Below are positions 38,201 through 46,800 of a DNA stretch of 64,000 bases, in pieces. Positions within the stretch are counted from its first letter, which is position 1. Each line of letters begins with the position of its first letter. The notes under the pieces were generated by a model that worked only from the letters and a program-made list of their open reading frames with translations, was not told the origin of the DNA and did no database searches. The stretch is taken from positions 3,437,237 to 3,501,236 of the forward strand of contig CP126123.1 in assembly GCA_030123605.1 (NCBI GenBank), in the 5' to 3' direction. Position numbers and translations under genes: made by a program. The DNA is from Nitrospira sp. GTDB lineage: Bacteria; Nitrospirota; Nitrospiria; Nitrospirales; Nitrospiraceae.

Positions 38201-39296
38201 AGAAGCCGCGCTGCAGACTGGGTTAAAAACGACGTGTAAGAGTTTCGAATTCCAGTCTCTGCGCTGTGATGGGGACCTGATGCTGGCAGGCCTTGTTACC
38301 GAGAAGGATGTCGATGGCAGGAATGCCGTGGTGCAGGGGCATGTGGAATTTGTTTCCGAGGGTAGGGAGGCGACTATAAAAGGAACTCTCACTCTCTGCG
38401 GGTTTGAGGTTGGGCTCCTGCGAGTGAGCGGCAAGAGTTTCGAGGAGAGGGGCACGATTGATCTGGCGCGAGCCACGATTTCGACCCTTAACATCAGCAC
38501 TCGCCTGTCTATAAAAATTAATCTGCAGAGTATTAAGGTTAATCACTGGGAAATCATGAAATCGGAACAGGAGAAGCAAGAAGATGCAATTCTAAGTCTC
38601 CTTGACGCCACAAAGGAGCATTATGATTCGTGGCCCTACAAGAGCATTGAGAACTGGTTGATTGCCAAGGGAGAAGATGATGCTGCGAAGGCAGTCTTCA
38701 GGCGCAAGAACCAGGCTGAATGGGAAAAGAAAGATAAGTACATTCACAATTCATTAACAAATGGGAAAAGCCTCTCTCTGATTAGCTCCTGGTGTTGGCA
38801 TCATGTAAAAGAGTGGATGTGGGGTAGATTTATGGGGTTTGGCACGATTCTTTGGAAAGCAGTAGTGCTTTGGGTAGCACTCTCTCTTTTCCTGGCATGG
38901 GTACTGAGCAATCCTAATAACGTTCAGCCTACCTTTGCTGCGGTCAATGTTGGGCTTGGGAAGATAAAGTTTGATGATATTAAGATGACAGAGATCGGTG
39001 CCAAAATCCAAGACACCAGAAATGAGTTACAGAAGCAATTTCCCAAGGAACGCGAATGGGGGTTTCGGCATGCGTTTTGGCTGGCCCTTGACATCACCGT
39101 GCCGTTAGTGCCCTTCAACCTTCATGATGAATGGGAACCAAGAGACTCAACCGAGAATACAGTCTTTCCTTTTTGCTTGCGCAGCGAGATGCCCATAGCG
39201 CCAAAAATGCTGGCGAACATCTTTGTTGTAGCCTCCTGGTTTATATGGTCCTTATTTGCCACTGCCCTTGCAGGTGCAATGTGGACAAGAAAGTAA
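35250..39296 (+). CDS. Large low-GC protein: unknown N-terminal domain, beta-helix/pentapeptide-like repeats, C-terminal membrane domain
   Basis: 1348-aa uninterrupted ORF; A/T-richer than flanks; repeats such as HFLGEVTFDHCHVSAVFRFEDCKFLGGFRAPGTTF; C-terminal hydrophobic helices with a LDITVPLVP...EW motif. Confidence 0.8.
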   Translation: MYWNRLNPQHDSEVSLLDRENPDFQSIIKHLDEQYRLGLEAELRKYALGHEKAPIRSIKRKSLRFYKQFSDRTPPDGQSLHDSNSSESKGADQAKPPELFEVELDLSAIDERYGDKSLTNYEWTRVYLVRVGKEKIKDKADDESEQSTDGYEWYLLNGESGVLHALNAKFGGINIDNSSCASEYLDFFCSFLCSEEGVFALIQQEADLTELEDHGERFKEELYKRRGHAIFAQKQTYIRQPWGEVEAELKEKLQKLNGPQPNLSGQGASGEGGDLAATDSQTEKKKEWYGLVLYDKEVREARFELTESGVVTMVGDQKVQSGLPVRRHTTVRHKRSGIIRFAKSASRKLISAAEFKEYVLKATGVARFYNVLIEENLRFDPTDRVGALECLDVHFLGEVTFDHCHVSAVFRFEDCKFLGGFRAPGTTFTSQVSFEKSETFFLSEMWLAQPPTQRQGGDYPVALNLNYARVNGSLGLERLTVHGSVSCRHLTVKSDANFRGLQVVPLVDGNQEDPQGGKEKSNKPKLPFKAAPGNGPVLLDLQRSSFAGSLNLGISVEKEVGLKKGKVLRRTRVTVCGDCRFDTMSVGKSLIIEGLAVVKPNNEVDLKDYRYGALDWPLSLSMSNVMVKGNIQSWEYDSWDVTGQTILPPLVVDGTIDLKWSKIGGYVDLRMSQVRENLDCIGVCAAWLTLQPSRLNDVSSNDDERRKAGERDWVQYSVLDPVSLSPPVGNAPSKWMEAFTWRMSSIGGDLKLGNAIIPGGVTLTGTTVKGTVDVRLGAQLGQIKAMPAFGIDTEFETKKRTVVKQSAFLGGLSIRDSTIAGPVYLWGARVGKENAGNQNAAPRPVIDIATSNLKGGLYLHVRSSWEGQQIVLDSFADGKHWRDDEKASTDWVGHQGHQVSTNKDNFEHGADAYFWKTVSDIFHTTVNGNVDVLASDIGTDLDLTNTKVMGRVRLNDSHVKCDVRAVACLQELDVKEKAPPQSEREAALQTGLKTTCKSFEFQSLRCDGDLMLAGLVTEKDVDGRNAVVQGHVEFVSEGREATIKGTLTLCGFEVGLLRVSGKSFEERGTIDLARATISTLNISTRLSIKINLQSIKVNHWEIMKSEQEKQEDAILSLLDATKEHYDSWPYKSIENWLIAKGEDDAAKAVFRRKNQAEWEKKDKYIHNSLTNGKSLSLISSWCWHHVKEWMWGRFMGFGTILWKAVVLWVALSLFLAWVLSNPNNVQPTFAAVNVGLGKIKFDDIKMTEIGAKIQDTRNELQKQFPKEREWGFRHAFWLALDITVPLVPFNLHDEWEPRDSTENTVFPFCLRSEMPIAPKMLANIFVVASWFIWSLFATALAGAMWTRK

Positions 39297-39314
39297 CCTC
39301 CGGGGGGCTTGTTC

Positions 39315-39541
39315 TTACTGCGTGCGCTCCAGTTCCCTCTCCATCTTCCGATGAGTGATGCCGGCATCGAGGAATAGGTCGCCGATTGGGCGGAAGCCGG
39401 CCCGTTCGTAAAACCCGATCGTGTGGGTCTGGGCCGAGAGGGTGACGCGCGCGAGGCCTCGTTGCGCGGCCAGTTCCAGTAATACGCCGAGCAGGGCGCG
39501 GCCGATACCGCGACCACGCCAGTCCTTGAGCACCGCCATCC
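39315..39541 (-). pseudogene. Duplicated 3' half of the GNAT gene at 40649-41116
   Basis: 39341-39541 aligns with 40693-40893 (201 bp, 8 mismatches counted); sequence upstream of GRMAVLK is unrelated. Confidence 0.88.
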
Positions 39542-39840
39542 GACCGTCGGAGGTGTCTCCTTTGTGAAACGTCAGATTGAGCGAGGTGGCTCCCTTCTTT
39601 CCTTCTGAGGGCGCGTTCATAGAGCAGGAGGACGACCAGGTTGCCTGATTCACTCTTTCGTGCGCGTTCTGCGAGCACAAAGACCACACCGGCCACCTCG
39701 CTTCTCTTCTCCGAGCCATACGCCGTCAGTTATAAGCTCCCATGGGTCTCCTCGGCTCCATTCGTCCTCGAGACGTGATTGACCGCCCAACGTCACACTG
39801 CTATCATTTTGGTAGCATTTCGTTCGAAGGAGGAAGAAGC

Positions 39841-40074
39841 ATGGCGCAAGTTCTTGTTCGGCAGCTCGACAACAAAGTGGTCGATCGGTTAAAGAAGCGG
39901 GCGAAGGAGCATGGTCGTTCTCTGCAATCGGAGGTGAAGACGATTCTGGAAGAAGCGGTGCCGGACTATGAGGCGGCTTGGAAGCGGATCGAGGGGATTC
40001 GCAAACGATTGGGAAAGTCTGGTCGGAAGTTCAGTGACAGTGCGGATCTCATCCGTGAGGATCGCGACCGGTGA
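39841..40074 (+). CDS. FitA/Arc-like ribbon-helix-helix antitoxin
   Basis: MAQVLVRQLD...LKKRAKEHGRSLQSEVKTIL; GGAGG RBS; GTGA overlap with the toxin. Confidence 0.9.
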   Translation: MAQVLVRQLDNKVVDRLKKRAKEHGRSLQSEVKTILEEAVPDYEAAWKRIEGIRKRLGKSGRKFSDSADLIREDRDR

Positions 40075-40502
40075 GTGGCTATATTGTGGATGCCAGTGTG
40101 GCGATCAAGTGGTTCATTCCTGAAATCCACTCTGAGGCCGCGAACCTGGTGAGGAGGGCACGCCATCGACTCCATGTCCCAGCCTTTCTGGCGCTGGAGC
40201 TCGGCAATGTCATCGCCAAGAAGATTCGAAGAGCGGAACTCACTCGGGAGGACGGGAAGGCAATTCTGAAGGAGCTGCAACATCTTCCGCTCCAGCGACA
40301 TGCCGATGATCGACTTTTTCCCGCCGCCTACGAACTCGCGGTGGATACTCAGCAAAGTCTGTATGATTGTCTTTATCTTGCCTTAGCTGAAGTGGTCGAT
40401 GGTCGAATGATTACCGCCGACCGTAAATTTTACAGTGCGCTAACCGGGGGATCATATGGCCACCGGTTGCTGTGGGTTGAGGATCTGGCACGGCTGACGT
40501 AA
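40071..40502 (+). CDS. vapC: VapC/PIN domain toxin
   Basis: IVDASVAIKW, LELGNV, SLYDCLYLALA, MITADRK PIN acidic residues. Confidence 0.92.
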   Translation: MSGYIVDASVAIKWFIPEIHSEAANLVRRARHRLHVPAFLALELGNVIAKKIRRAELTREDGKAILKELQHLPLQRHADDRLFPAAYELAVDTQQSLYDCLYLALAEVVDGRMITADRKFYSALTGGSYGHRLLWVEDLARLT

Positions 40503-40648
40503 TTGCCCATTGTTCCCACTGACTCGCCGTTGTACGTTCTACTGCAGAGTGCACCGCGAACCCGCTGTCGGCTCTTGGGGGCGCGAACGGGATTTGGCGA
40601 ATGACTGATGGAAAAGTCCGTGCCGCTGACCTCAGTGGAGGAGGGGGA

Positions 40649-41116
40649 TCATTGCTTCTCCGGACCGGCGGGCGGCAACCCCAGCTCCTTCACCATCTTC
40701 CGGTGCGGAATGCCGGCATCGAGGAATAGGTCGCCGATTGGGCGGAAGCCGGCCCGTTCGTAAAACCCGATCGCGTGGGTCTGGGCCGAGAGGGTGACGC
40801 GCGCGAGGTCTCGTTGCGCGGCCAGTTCCAGTAATGCGCTGAGCAGGGCGCGGCCGATACCGCGACCACGCCAGTCCTTGAGCACCGCCATCCTGCCGAT
40901 CGTTCCGTTCACCTGCATGCGCGCCGTGCCGATCGCCTCTCCATGGTCATCCCACGCGAGCACATGGGCACAGGCCGGATCGAGACCGTCCCACTCCAAG
41001 TCTTTCGGCACTCCCTGTTCGACGATGAATACCGTTTCGCGGATCGCCCTTATGGCTCGCTCGGCCTCGTCCCATTGTACAAGTTCCACCCGCAGATCTC
41101 TGAATTGTCGGGCCAT
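40649..41116 (-). CDS. GNAT acetyltransferase (ElaA/YjcF-like)
   Basis: IRETVFIVEQGVP..LEWD, IGRMAVLKDWRGRGIG, LSAQTHAIGFYE, DAGIPH. Confidence 0.92.
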   Translation of the reverse strand: MARQFRDLRVELVQWDEAERAIRAIRETVFIVEQGVPKDLEWDGLDPACAHVLAWDDHGEAIGTARMQVNGTIGRMAVLKDWRGRGIGRALLSALLELAAQRDLARVTLSAQTHAIGFYERAGFRPIGDLFLDAGIPHRKMVKELGLPPAGPEKQ

Positions 41117-41255
41117 GGATTTGTTCGGCTCTCCGATCTGTGTCGGTTTCTACATCTAACTCCGGCCGCCACGCGAATCAAGCTGGTAAGGCAGCAACAG
41201 CCCATTTTTTGCCGCTTTCTTGACGGTCTTTCGGTCCGGGCGTAGGGTTTTCCTG

Positions 41256-41600
41256 ATGAAACGTGATCGATGGCTCTATGGGATTGCCTTGCTGTCCGGC
41301 ACCGCGGTGTGGGCTTTCATCGCCGCCGTCTCCGGGAGGGGAGAGGCGTGGGATTCCGAACTCTACGTTACCTTCGGCATTCCGTTCCTCTGTCTGGTCG
41401 CCGGCCTTCTGGGCTATCTCGCCCCGAGCCACCCTTGGCGTTGGGGAGTGATCCCGCTCGTGGGGCAGGCCCTCTGGCTGTTCGCCGCTCAAGGGCTCGG
41501 CAACCTCTGGGTGCTCGGCCTTGTCATGTTCGGAATCTATGCCGTGCCCTCGATCGTGGCGGCACGGCTCGGCGCCGCCGTCGCGAACAGGCGAGGGTAA
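41256..41600 (+). CDS. Small 4-TM membrane protein
   Basis: Four hydrophobic segments; GNLWVLG motif. Confidence 0.65.
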   Translation: MKRDRWLYGIALLSGTAVWAFIAAVSGRGEAWDSELYVTFGIPFLCLVAGLLGYLAPSHPWRWGVIPLVGQALWLFAAQGLGNLWVLGLVMFGIYAVPSIVAARLGAAVANRRG

Positions 41601-42094
41601 GTAGATTCCTGCTTCACCACCTCGCAACAAATTGCTTTCTCGTTTGGCGGACCACGGACCACGTGGTACGGTTCACAAGAGCGGCGCGTATCAGGATATG
41701 AAGCGGCGCGTGACGTTGTTCACCATCAATGAGAGGCCAAGCAGTGATGACGAAAGACTGGTATGACATCGCTCCCATGTATCGAAGCGGCTGGTCAGGA
41801 TCGTGCGGTTGCTGGTACCGGACCGACGGGAAGCCCGGAATTTCTCCTGCCCTGTTCGGTTGGGAATTGTTGCGAACGATCTGGTCTCTGCTCTGTCTGG
41901 TCACGGGGCGCAGAATGGCTCGTGGCGATGGACGCCGGACCTACTGGGGGCACAAGCTGCCCGGCCGCTCGCGCCGCCGTGCCTCGGCAATCTACGGCCG
42001 CATCGCCTGATCCCTCGTGCCGGTCCGTCGGTACTCCCATCCTGATCGTCCCGCCCGCCGTCCTTCGGCCTTGCGCCATGCCGGTCGCCTCTCC

Positions 42095-42481
42095 ATGAAT
42101 CGAGCGCAGGTGTGGTTGTTGACCGCCTTCGTCACCTGTTTTCTCGCGGTCGGCATTCCCTATTGGCTGATTCCCTACCGGCTGGTTTCGCTGCCCGACT
42201 CGTTGACAGGTCCCGGTCTGTTCGCTGTCGGTCTTGCGGCGTTCCTGTTGGCGGTCGGTGCTGTCACGCCTGCCTGGACTATCGTGCTCGTGCCGGCAGT
42301 GTCGGTACCGGCCTCAGTGTTCGTACGGGTGGTGGCGGATGGTCTCAGTGATCCGACCTCGCACAGTCTCTGGCCCTTGGAAGGGATGATTGCAGCGGGA
42401 GTAGGGTTGTTCTACGCATTCATCGGAGCGTTGGCGGGGCGTATGTCGGTGAAGATTGTCAGGTGGCGGCGACCCACGTGA
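42095..42481 (+). CDS. Small 4-TM membrane protein
   Basis: Four hydrophobic segments; PTSHSLWPLE motif. Confidence 0.65.
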   Translation: MNRAQVWLLTAFVTCFLAVGIPYWLIPYRLVSLPDSLTGPGLFAVGLAAFLLAVGAVTPAWTIVLVPAVSVPASVFVRVVADGLSDPTSHSLWPLEGMIAAGVGLFYAFIGALAGRMSVKIVRWRRPT

Positions 42482-42489
42482 TGGGAAAC

Positions 42490-42685
42490 CTAGCCCACAT
42501 TATTCATGAACCCTTCTACTGCAATCGCCGATCCGCTGCTACGACGAGCCTTCGGCCGGCGGGCTCGCCCCTCGTTCCCTCAACGTACTGCACGAGTACG
42601 CCTCGGGTCCTTACGGCTCCGCGCGCCGGTCTCGCGACGCGGCTCCGCGATTTCGCCACGAACCGTCATGAATACTGTGGGCTAG
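42490..42685. mobile_element. MITE-like element copy C (196 bp, opposite orientation to A and B)
   Basis: CTAG-CCCACATTATTCATGA...TCATGAATACTGTGGG-CTAG. Confidence 0.88.
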
Positions 42686-43716
42686 CGCGCCGGCGCGGGA
42701 GCCCCCTTTCGGACTTCTTCCTCCAATGTCGCCAGGCGTTGTTCGAGGCGCCGGATGATTTCGAGGAGGCGTTGATTGGTTTCCTGGAACGCCGGCTGAG
42801 TGCTCTCGATCGGGGCAGGCGTTGTCGGAAGGGGTGAGGTATCACCCCGTTTCAGCTTCAATTCTAGGTCTTCCTTCGATCGTTCCAATTCGGAGATCCG
42901 GCGTTGCAGATCGGCAATGACCTTGGCCTCATCCTTGCCGAAGTGCTCCTGTTGAGCCGACTGCTTCACTTCTTCCACCCGTTTGGCCCGGTCGGGGTTC
43001 GACGCCAAAAACGGCCGGTAGGCAATTCCCAACGTCCGTTCCGGATACCCGAACAGGTCGCCTCGGCGGCTCTGTCTCTGATACTGCGGATCGTCGAAAA
43101 AGATCGCGAAGTCCTGTTCGCCGACGGAGAACCATGGATGGGCTCGGACGTAGTCCGTGGTTTCCCGCACATCCTCCAACTTGTCGATCGCTCCCACGTC
43201 CGATTGCCGGCGTCGGATCGGATGCCGGAAGTTGGCGATCATCACATAGAGGATCTCGTTCTGCACGAACAATGTTCCTGAGGTGACGGTCGATTGACCT
43301 TCCTGGCCGGGATGCTCGCAGGAAAAGGTGACGACTTCATCCGGTTTCGCCTGTTCGAGTGCCTCCTTGAGCGACGGAGCCAGGACCTCGATCTCTTTTG
43401 GTTCAAAGAGCCTTGGCGTGCCGGGAGTGCCGAGAAACGACCGCAGCAGACCGATTTTGTTACGGCCTGAAATGGAGGTCAGGAGGATCTCCAGCTGGTC
43501 CTCGCTGAACGGGACCGGGTGGTCGTGGGCGATTTCACCTGCCGCAGGTATCCGTCCGTTTGGTTCCAGCCGCACGATCGCATCGGGACTTTCATGGATG
43601 GTCCGTGCGGCAGGCAGCGTGGTCGTACATCCGCCTATGAGCAGTCCCATGGTAACGAAGGCGAGCCAGCGCGCTCGTGTCGTTCGATTCGTTGCGGGTT
43701 CGTGAAGCCGGTCCAT
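42682..43716 (-). CDS. Putative lipoprotein with C-terminal coiled coils
   Basis: Lipobox LIGGC; heptad-like LQRRISELE and IRRLEQRLATLEEE; starts ~20 nt after the aioA stop. Confidence 0.75.
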   Translation of the reverse strand: MDRLHEPATNRTTRARWLAFVTMGLLIGGCTTTLPAARTIHESPDAIVRLEPNGRIPAAGEIAHDHPVPFSEDQLEILLTSISGRNKIGLLRSFLGTPGTPRLFEPKEIEVLAPSLKEALEQAKPDEVVTFSCEHPGQEGQSTVTSGTLFVQNEILYVMIANFRHPIRRRQSDVGAIDKLEDVRETTDYVRAHPWFSVGEQDFAIFFDDPQYQRQSRRGDLFGYPERTLGIAYRPFLASNPDRAKRVEEVKQSAQQEHFGKDEAKVIADLQRRISELERSKEDLELKLKRGDTSPLPTTPAPIESTQPAFQETNQRLLEIIRRLEQRLATLEEEVRKGAPAPAR

Positions 43717-43735
43717 AAGCAAACATTCGCCGCAG

Positions 43736-46198
43736 CTACGATTGATTCGTCGGAATAAAGGTCAGACGCTCTTGCCACTCGGGCAACGCGCCGACTTTTC
43801 TGATACCGGCTTTGGTGCCCTTATAATAGGGGATCGTCGTGGCGGGGTCGACATAGCCCGTGGTCAAGCTGTTCAGCCAGCCATTCGGATGTTCGAACAA
43901 CATAAAGACATGCCCGGGTCGATTCGAGTCCACAAGGACCGCCATCGCCGTGACACTCCCGTACGGATTGAACAGTTCGATCAGGTCGCCGTTGGCCACC
44001 GCTAGCTTCGCCGCATCCTCCGGATGAAGTTCCACGAACGGCAGCGGCTCACGTCCCGCCACGTATGGCTTGCGCAGGTCGTCGTACAGGGTTTGCCAGC
44101 CGTGGTTGGATCGTCCGTTGTTCACCCAGAAGGGATAACGGTTGTCGTCCATGAGTTGCCGGATCGGCGCGGGATAGCCGGGCCACTTTGCCGGAATGAA
44201 GGTGAACCGCCCCCCCTCTTCATAGAGCCGTACTGTCCCGACGGGTGTGCCGTTTTCGATCCTCTTCACCGGTGTCTGCACGCCGTTGGTGCCGAGTGTT
44301 TTCAGCATGGCATAGGTGGTCTCGCCGTAATCTTCCTGAGCTCCTTTGACGCCGACCGCTGCCGCGCGAAAGACTTCTTCATCCGTCTGCCAATCGAATC
44401 CGCTGAAGCGCGCGGCCCTGTCCTGCTTGCCCTCATCGAGATACAGGCGTTCGATGCGTTGCGCCATCATCGCCATGATTTTCCAGTCCGGTTTCGCCAC
44501 GCCGGGCGGATCCATGAATTTCTGGTACAGTCGCAGCCGGCGTTCGCCATTGATCGACGTGAGGTTCATTTCACCCCATTGCGCGGCTGGAAATACCACA
44601 TGGGCAAATTTCGCGGTTTCGATCGGATAGATGTCCTGCACTAGGAGGAACAGACCCCCCTGTTTCATCGCGTCGAGGAGGGCGGCGACCCGTTGCTCCA
44701 TCGTCCTGCCTGCCGTCCGGTCCAACGCGTGGTTGACGAGTGCCGTCCGTCTTGCCAATGTGAGACGAAATTGTTGGGCGTTGAGTGTGCCCCCTGCCGG
44801 ATTGCAGCCGGCCACCCAAAAGACTTTGGATGCGCCTCCGTTGATCGCGACCTCATCGACGTTGACCGGTGGGCGTGTGCCCGGATAGTCGGGTCGGCTG
44901 TACCCTTCCTGATGGCCGCCCAGTCTCCCGCAGCCCGTGCCGGGCTTGCCGAGATTGCCGGTGAGGAGGGCGAGATCCACGACCGAGGCGACGTTTTCAT
45001 AGTTCTTCAGTCCCCAGATCAACCCCTTCTCATAGAGAAACAATGTTCGACGCCGGACGTTCGGGGCCTTCGGTTTCGCGATCCATTCGGCCGCCTGTAA
45101 CAGTTGAGCCTTGGACAGACCGGTCAGCGCGCTTGCTTCGTCGAGGTCCTGCGTCAGGTTGGTCGCCTTCATCGCGTCGAAGTTCTCGGTCTGCCGATCG
45201 ATGAACGCCTGATCCTGCCACCCTTGCTCATAGATCAAGCGGGACAAGGCATTCATCAACAGCATGTCGGTGCCGTTCCGGAGTTGCAGATGCAGAACGT
45301 TGTGTTTTCCCGCGGCAGACTCGGCGATCGCGACTGTTGACGTGCGCCGAGGGTCCACGATGATCATTTTCCCGGCCGCATGGGGCTCCTGCGGCAAGAG
45401 TTGCTTCTTCTTGGAGAGGGATGCCCCCGTCAGGTTGGGCAGCATGTGTTCGAGGAAATAGATGGATTGGGTTTCGTAGGAATTGGCTCCGACCAGGACG
45501 ATCGTGTCGGCCAGTTCCGCATCCAGGTAGGCGGAGGGAAGGGCGGCGATGCCCGCATCACGAGAGGCGAAGACCTCGCTGTTGTAGGCCGGCCGGTTGT
45601 GGATCGAGGCCATTTTGGTGCCGATGCCGGTGAAGAAAAATTTTCCGACCGCCCAATTGTTTTCGAAACCGCCTCCGCCTCCTCCGTGATCGAAGCACTT
45701 CATCGCCACGGTATCCGGCCCCCATGTGTCCATCGCGGCCTTGATCACGCGGGCACCCAGATCGATCGCCTCCTGCCAGGTCGTGGGCAGCTGAGTGCCG
45801 CCCCGATAGATCAACGGATGGAGGAGCCGGTCCGCCGTAGGACGATCCGGCGCATAGAGCACCGAGCCGTGCGTGCCGCCGCGAATCGAGTGATTGCCTC
45901 GGTTGACCACGCAGTCACTGTCCGGAAGCACGACCACGTGCGACTGGTTGCCGTCGTGGTCCGTGACGACGCTGTGCATCGCGGGCGAGATCCATTTCCC
46001 GGATTGTGCCGCCTGCTGTCTGGTGAAATCGGCCTGCAGAGCATTTTGCTCCGGCTTCGGTCCGCCCTCTTGCCCCTGCGGCCACTTGTAGACCCGATAG
46101 CCGCAGCCCACGATGCAATAGGAACAGACGGTGGTGAATTGTTCCGCATCGCGTGGGGGGATCGGCACCCGGTCTGGTCCATGGAAAATTGTGCTCAT
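43736..46198 (-). CDS. aioA: Arsenite oxidase large (molybdopterin) subunit
   Basis: CSYCIVGCGY [3Fe-4S] motif, HNRPAYNSE signature, EKGLIWG, RLGGHQEG, SINGERRLRLY, NNGR. Confidence 0.96.
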   Translation of the reverse strand: MSTIFHGPDRVPIPPRDAEQFTTVCSYCIVGCGYRVYKWPQGQEGGPKPEQNALQADFTRQQAAQSGKWISPAMHSVVTDHDGNQSHVVVLPDSDCVVNRGNHSIRGGTHGSVLYAPDRPTADRLLHPLIYRGGTQLPTTWQEAIDLGARVIKAAMDTWGPDTVAMKCFDHGGGGGGFENNWAVGKFFFTGIGTKMASIHNRPAYNSEVFASRDAGIAALPSAYLDAELADTIVLVGANSYETQSIYFLEHMLPNLTGASLSKKKQLLPQEPHAAGKMIIVDPRRTSTVAIAESAAGKHNVLHLQLRNGTDMLLMNALSRLIYEQGWQDQAFIDRQTENFDAMKATNLTQDLDEASALTGLSKAQLLQAAEWIAKPKAPNVRRRTLFLYEKGLIWGLKNYENVASVVDLALLTGNLGKPGTGCGRLGGHQEGYSRPDYPGTRPPVNVDEVAINGGASKVFWVAGCNPAGGTLNAQQFRLTLARRTALVNHALDRTAGRTMEQRVAALLDAMKQGGLFLLVQDIYPIETAKFAHVVFPAAQWGEMNLTSINGERRLRLYQKFMDPPGVAKPDWKIMAMMAQRIERLYLDEGKQDRAARFSGFDWQTDEEVFRAAAVGVKGAQEDYGETTYAMLKTLGTNGVQTPVKRIENGTPVGTVRLYEEGGRFTFIPAKWPGYPAPIRQLMDDNRYPFWVNNGRSNHGWQTLYDDLRKPYVAGREPLPFVELHPEDAAKLAVANGDLIELFNPYGSVTAMAVLVDSNRPGHVFMLFEHPNGWLNSLTTGYVDPATTIPYYKGTKAGIRKVGALPEWQERLTFIPTNQS

Positions 46199-46230
46199 GA
46201 GGTCGCCCCTTCTTCGATTCGGTTGTGGTG

Positions 46231-46755
46231 TTATCCGAGAATATTCGCTCGTCGGCCATAGACCAATCCCATGATCCCGACTGCATAGATGTCGCCCGTC
46301 CCGTCCACCTCCAATCGGATTTGCGGAAGGTTGTCGGTGGCTTGTCCGATGACCGTCAGGCCGCCCTTGGCCGCATCGAACCGGGCATAGTGCAACGGGC
46401 AGTGGAAGGCTCCGGTGTCCGGTCGAAAATCCAGCGCCCCGCCCATGTGGCTACAGAGGCGACTGTAGGCGACGATGTCGGAGTCCGGTCCGATTCCATT
46501 GATCGCCTTCTTACCCAGTTTCAGCAGGCTGATCGGCGAGTCGTTGTCGGGGTAGGTCAATCTTATTTCGACGCCCGCTTTGAGTTGCGCGCTGTTGGCG
46601 AGCTTGAGGCGTGGGTAGGGCAACACCGTTGTGATGGTCGGCCGGTCCGGGGCCTCTCGTGAAGCCGCAGCTTCAGAGAGTGCTTCACCGGCACACACTC
46701 CTCCTGCCGCGCAGGCACCGAGCTTCAGAAAACTTCTTCGCGACATCCCGCTCAT
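46231..46755 (-). CDS. aioB: Arsenite oxidase small Rieske subunit, Tat-exported
   Basis: SRRSFLK twin-arginine signal; CSHMG and CPLHYARFD Rieske boxes; YPDNDSP, GIGPDSDIVAYS, LVYGR. Confidence 0.96.
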   Translation of the reverse strand: MSGMSRRSFLKLGACAAGGVCAGEALSEAAASREAPDRPTITTVLPYPRLKLANSAQLKAGVEIRLTYPDNDSPISLLKLGKKAINGIGPDSDIVAYSRLCSHMGGALDFRPDTGAFHCPLHYARFDAAKGGLTVIGQATDNLPQIRLEVDGTGDIYAVGIMGLVYGRRANILG

Positions 46756-46800
46756 GCTGAGACTCCTTTCTCCGCCGGTTCGTGTCGTCTAGGCTCGCCG

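Noticed and set aside
39542-39719. N-terminal part of ORF 39315..39719 as a second complete GNAT
   Set aside because: Sequence upstream of GRMAVLK is unrelated to the GNAT fold and spans the vapB promoter region; treated as a fragment.
41700-42090. Short Cys/Trp-rich ORFs between the two membrane-protein genes
   Set aside because: Overlapping short frames on both strands with no consistent coding signal.
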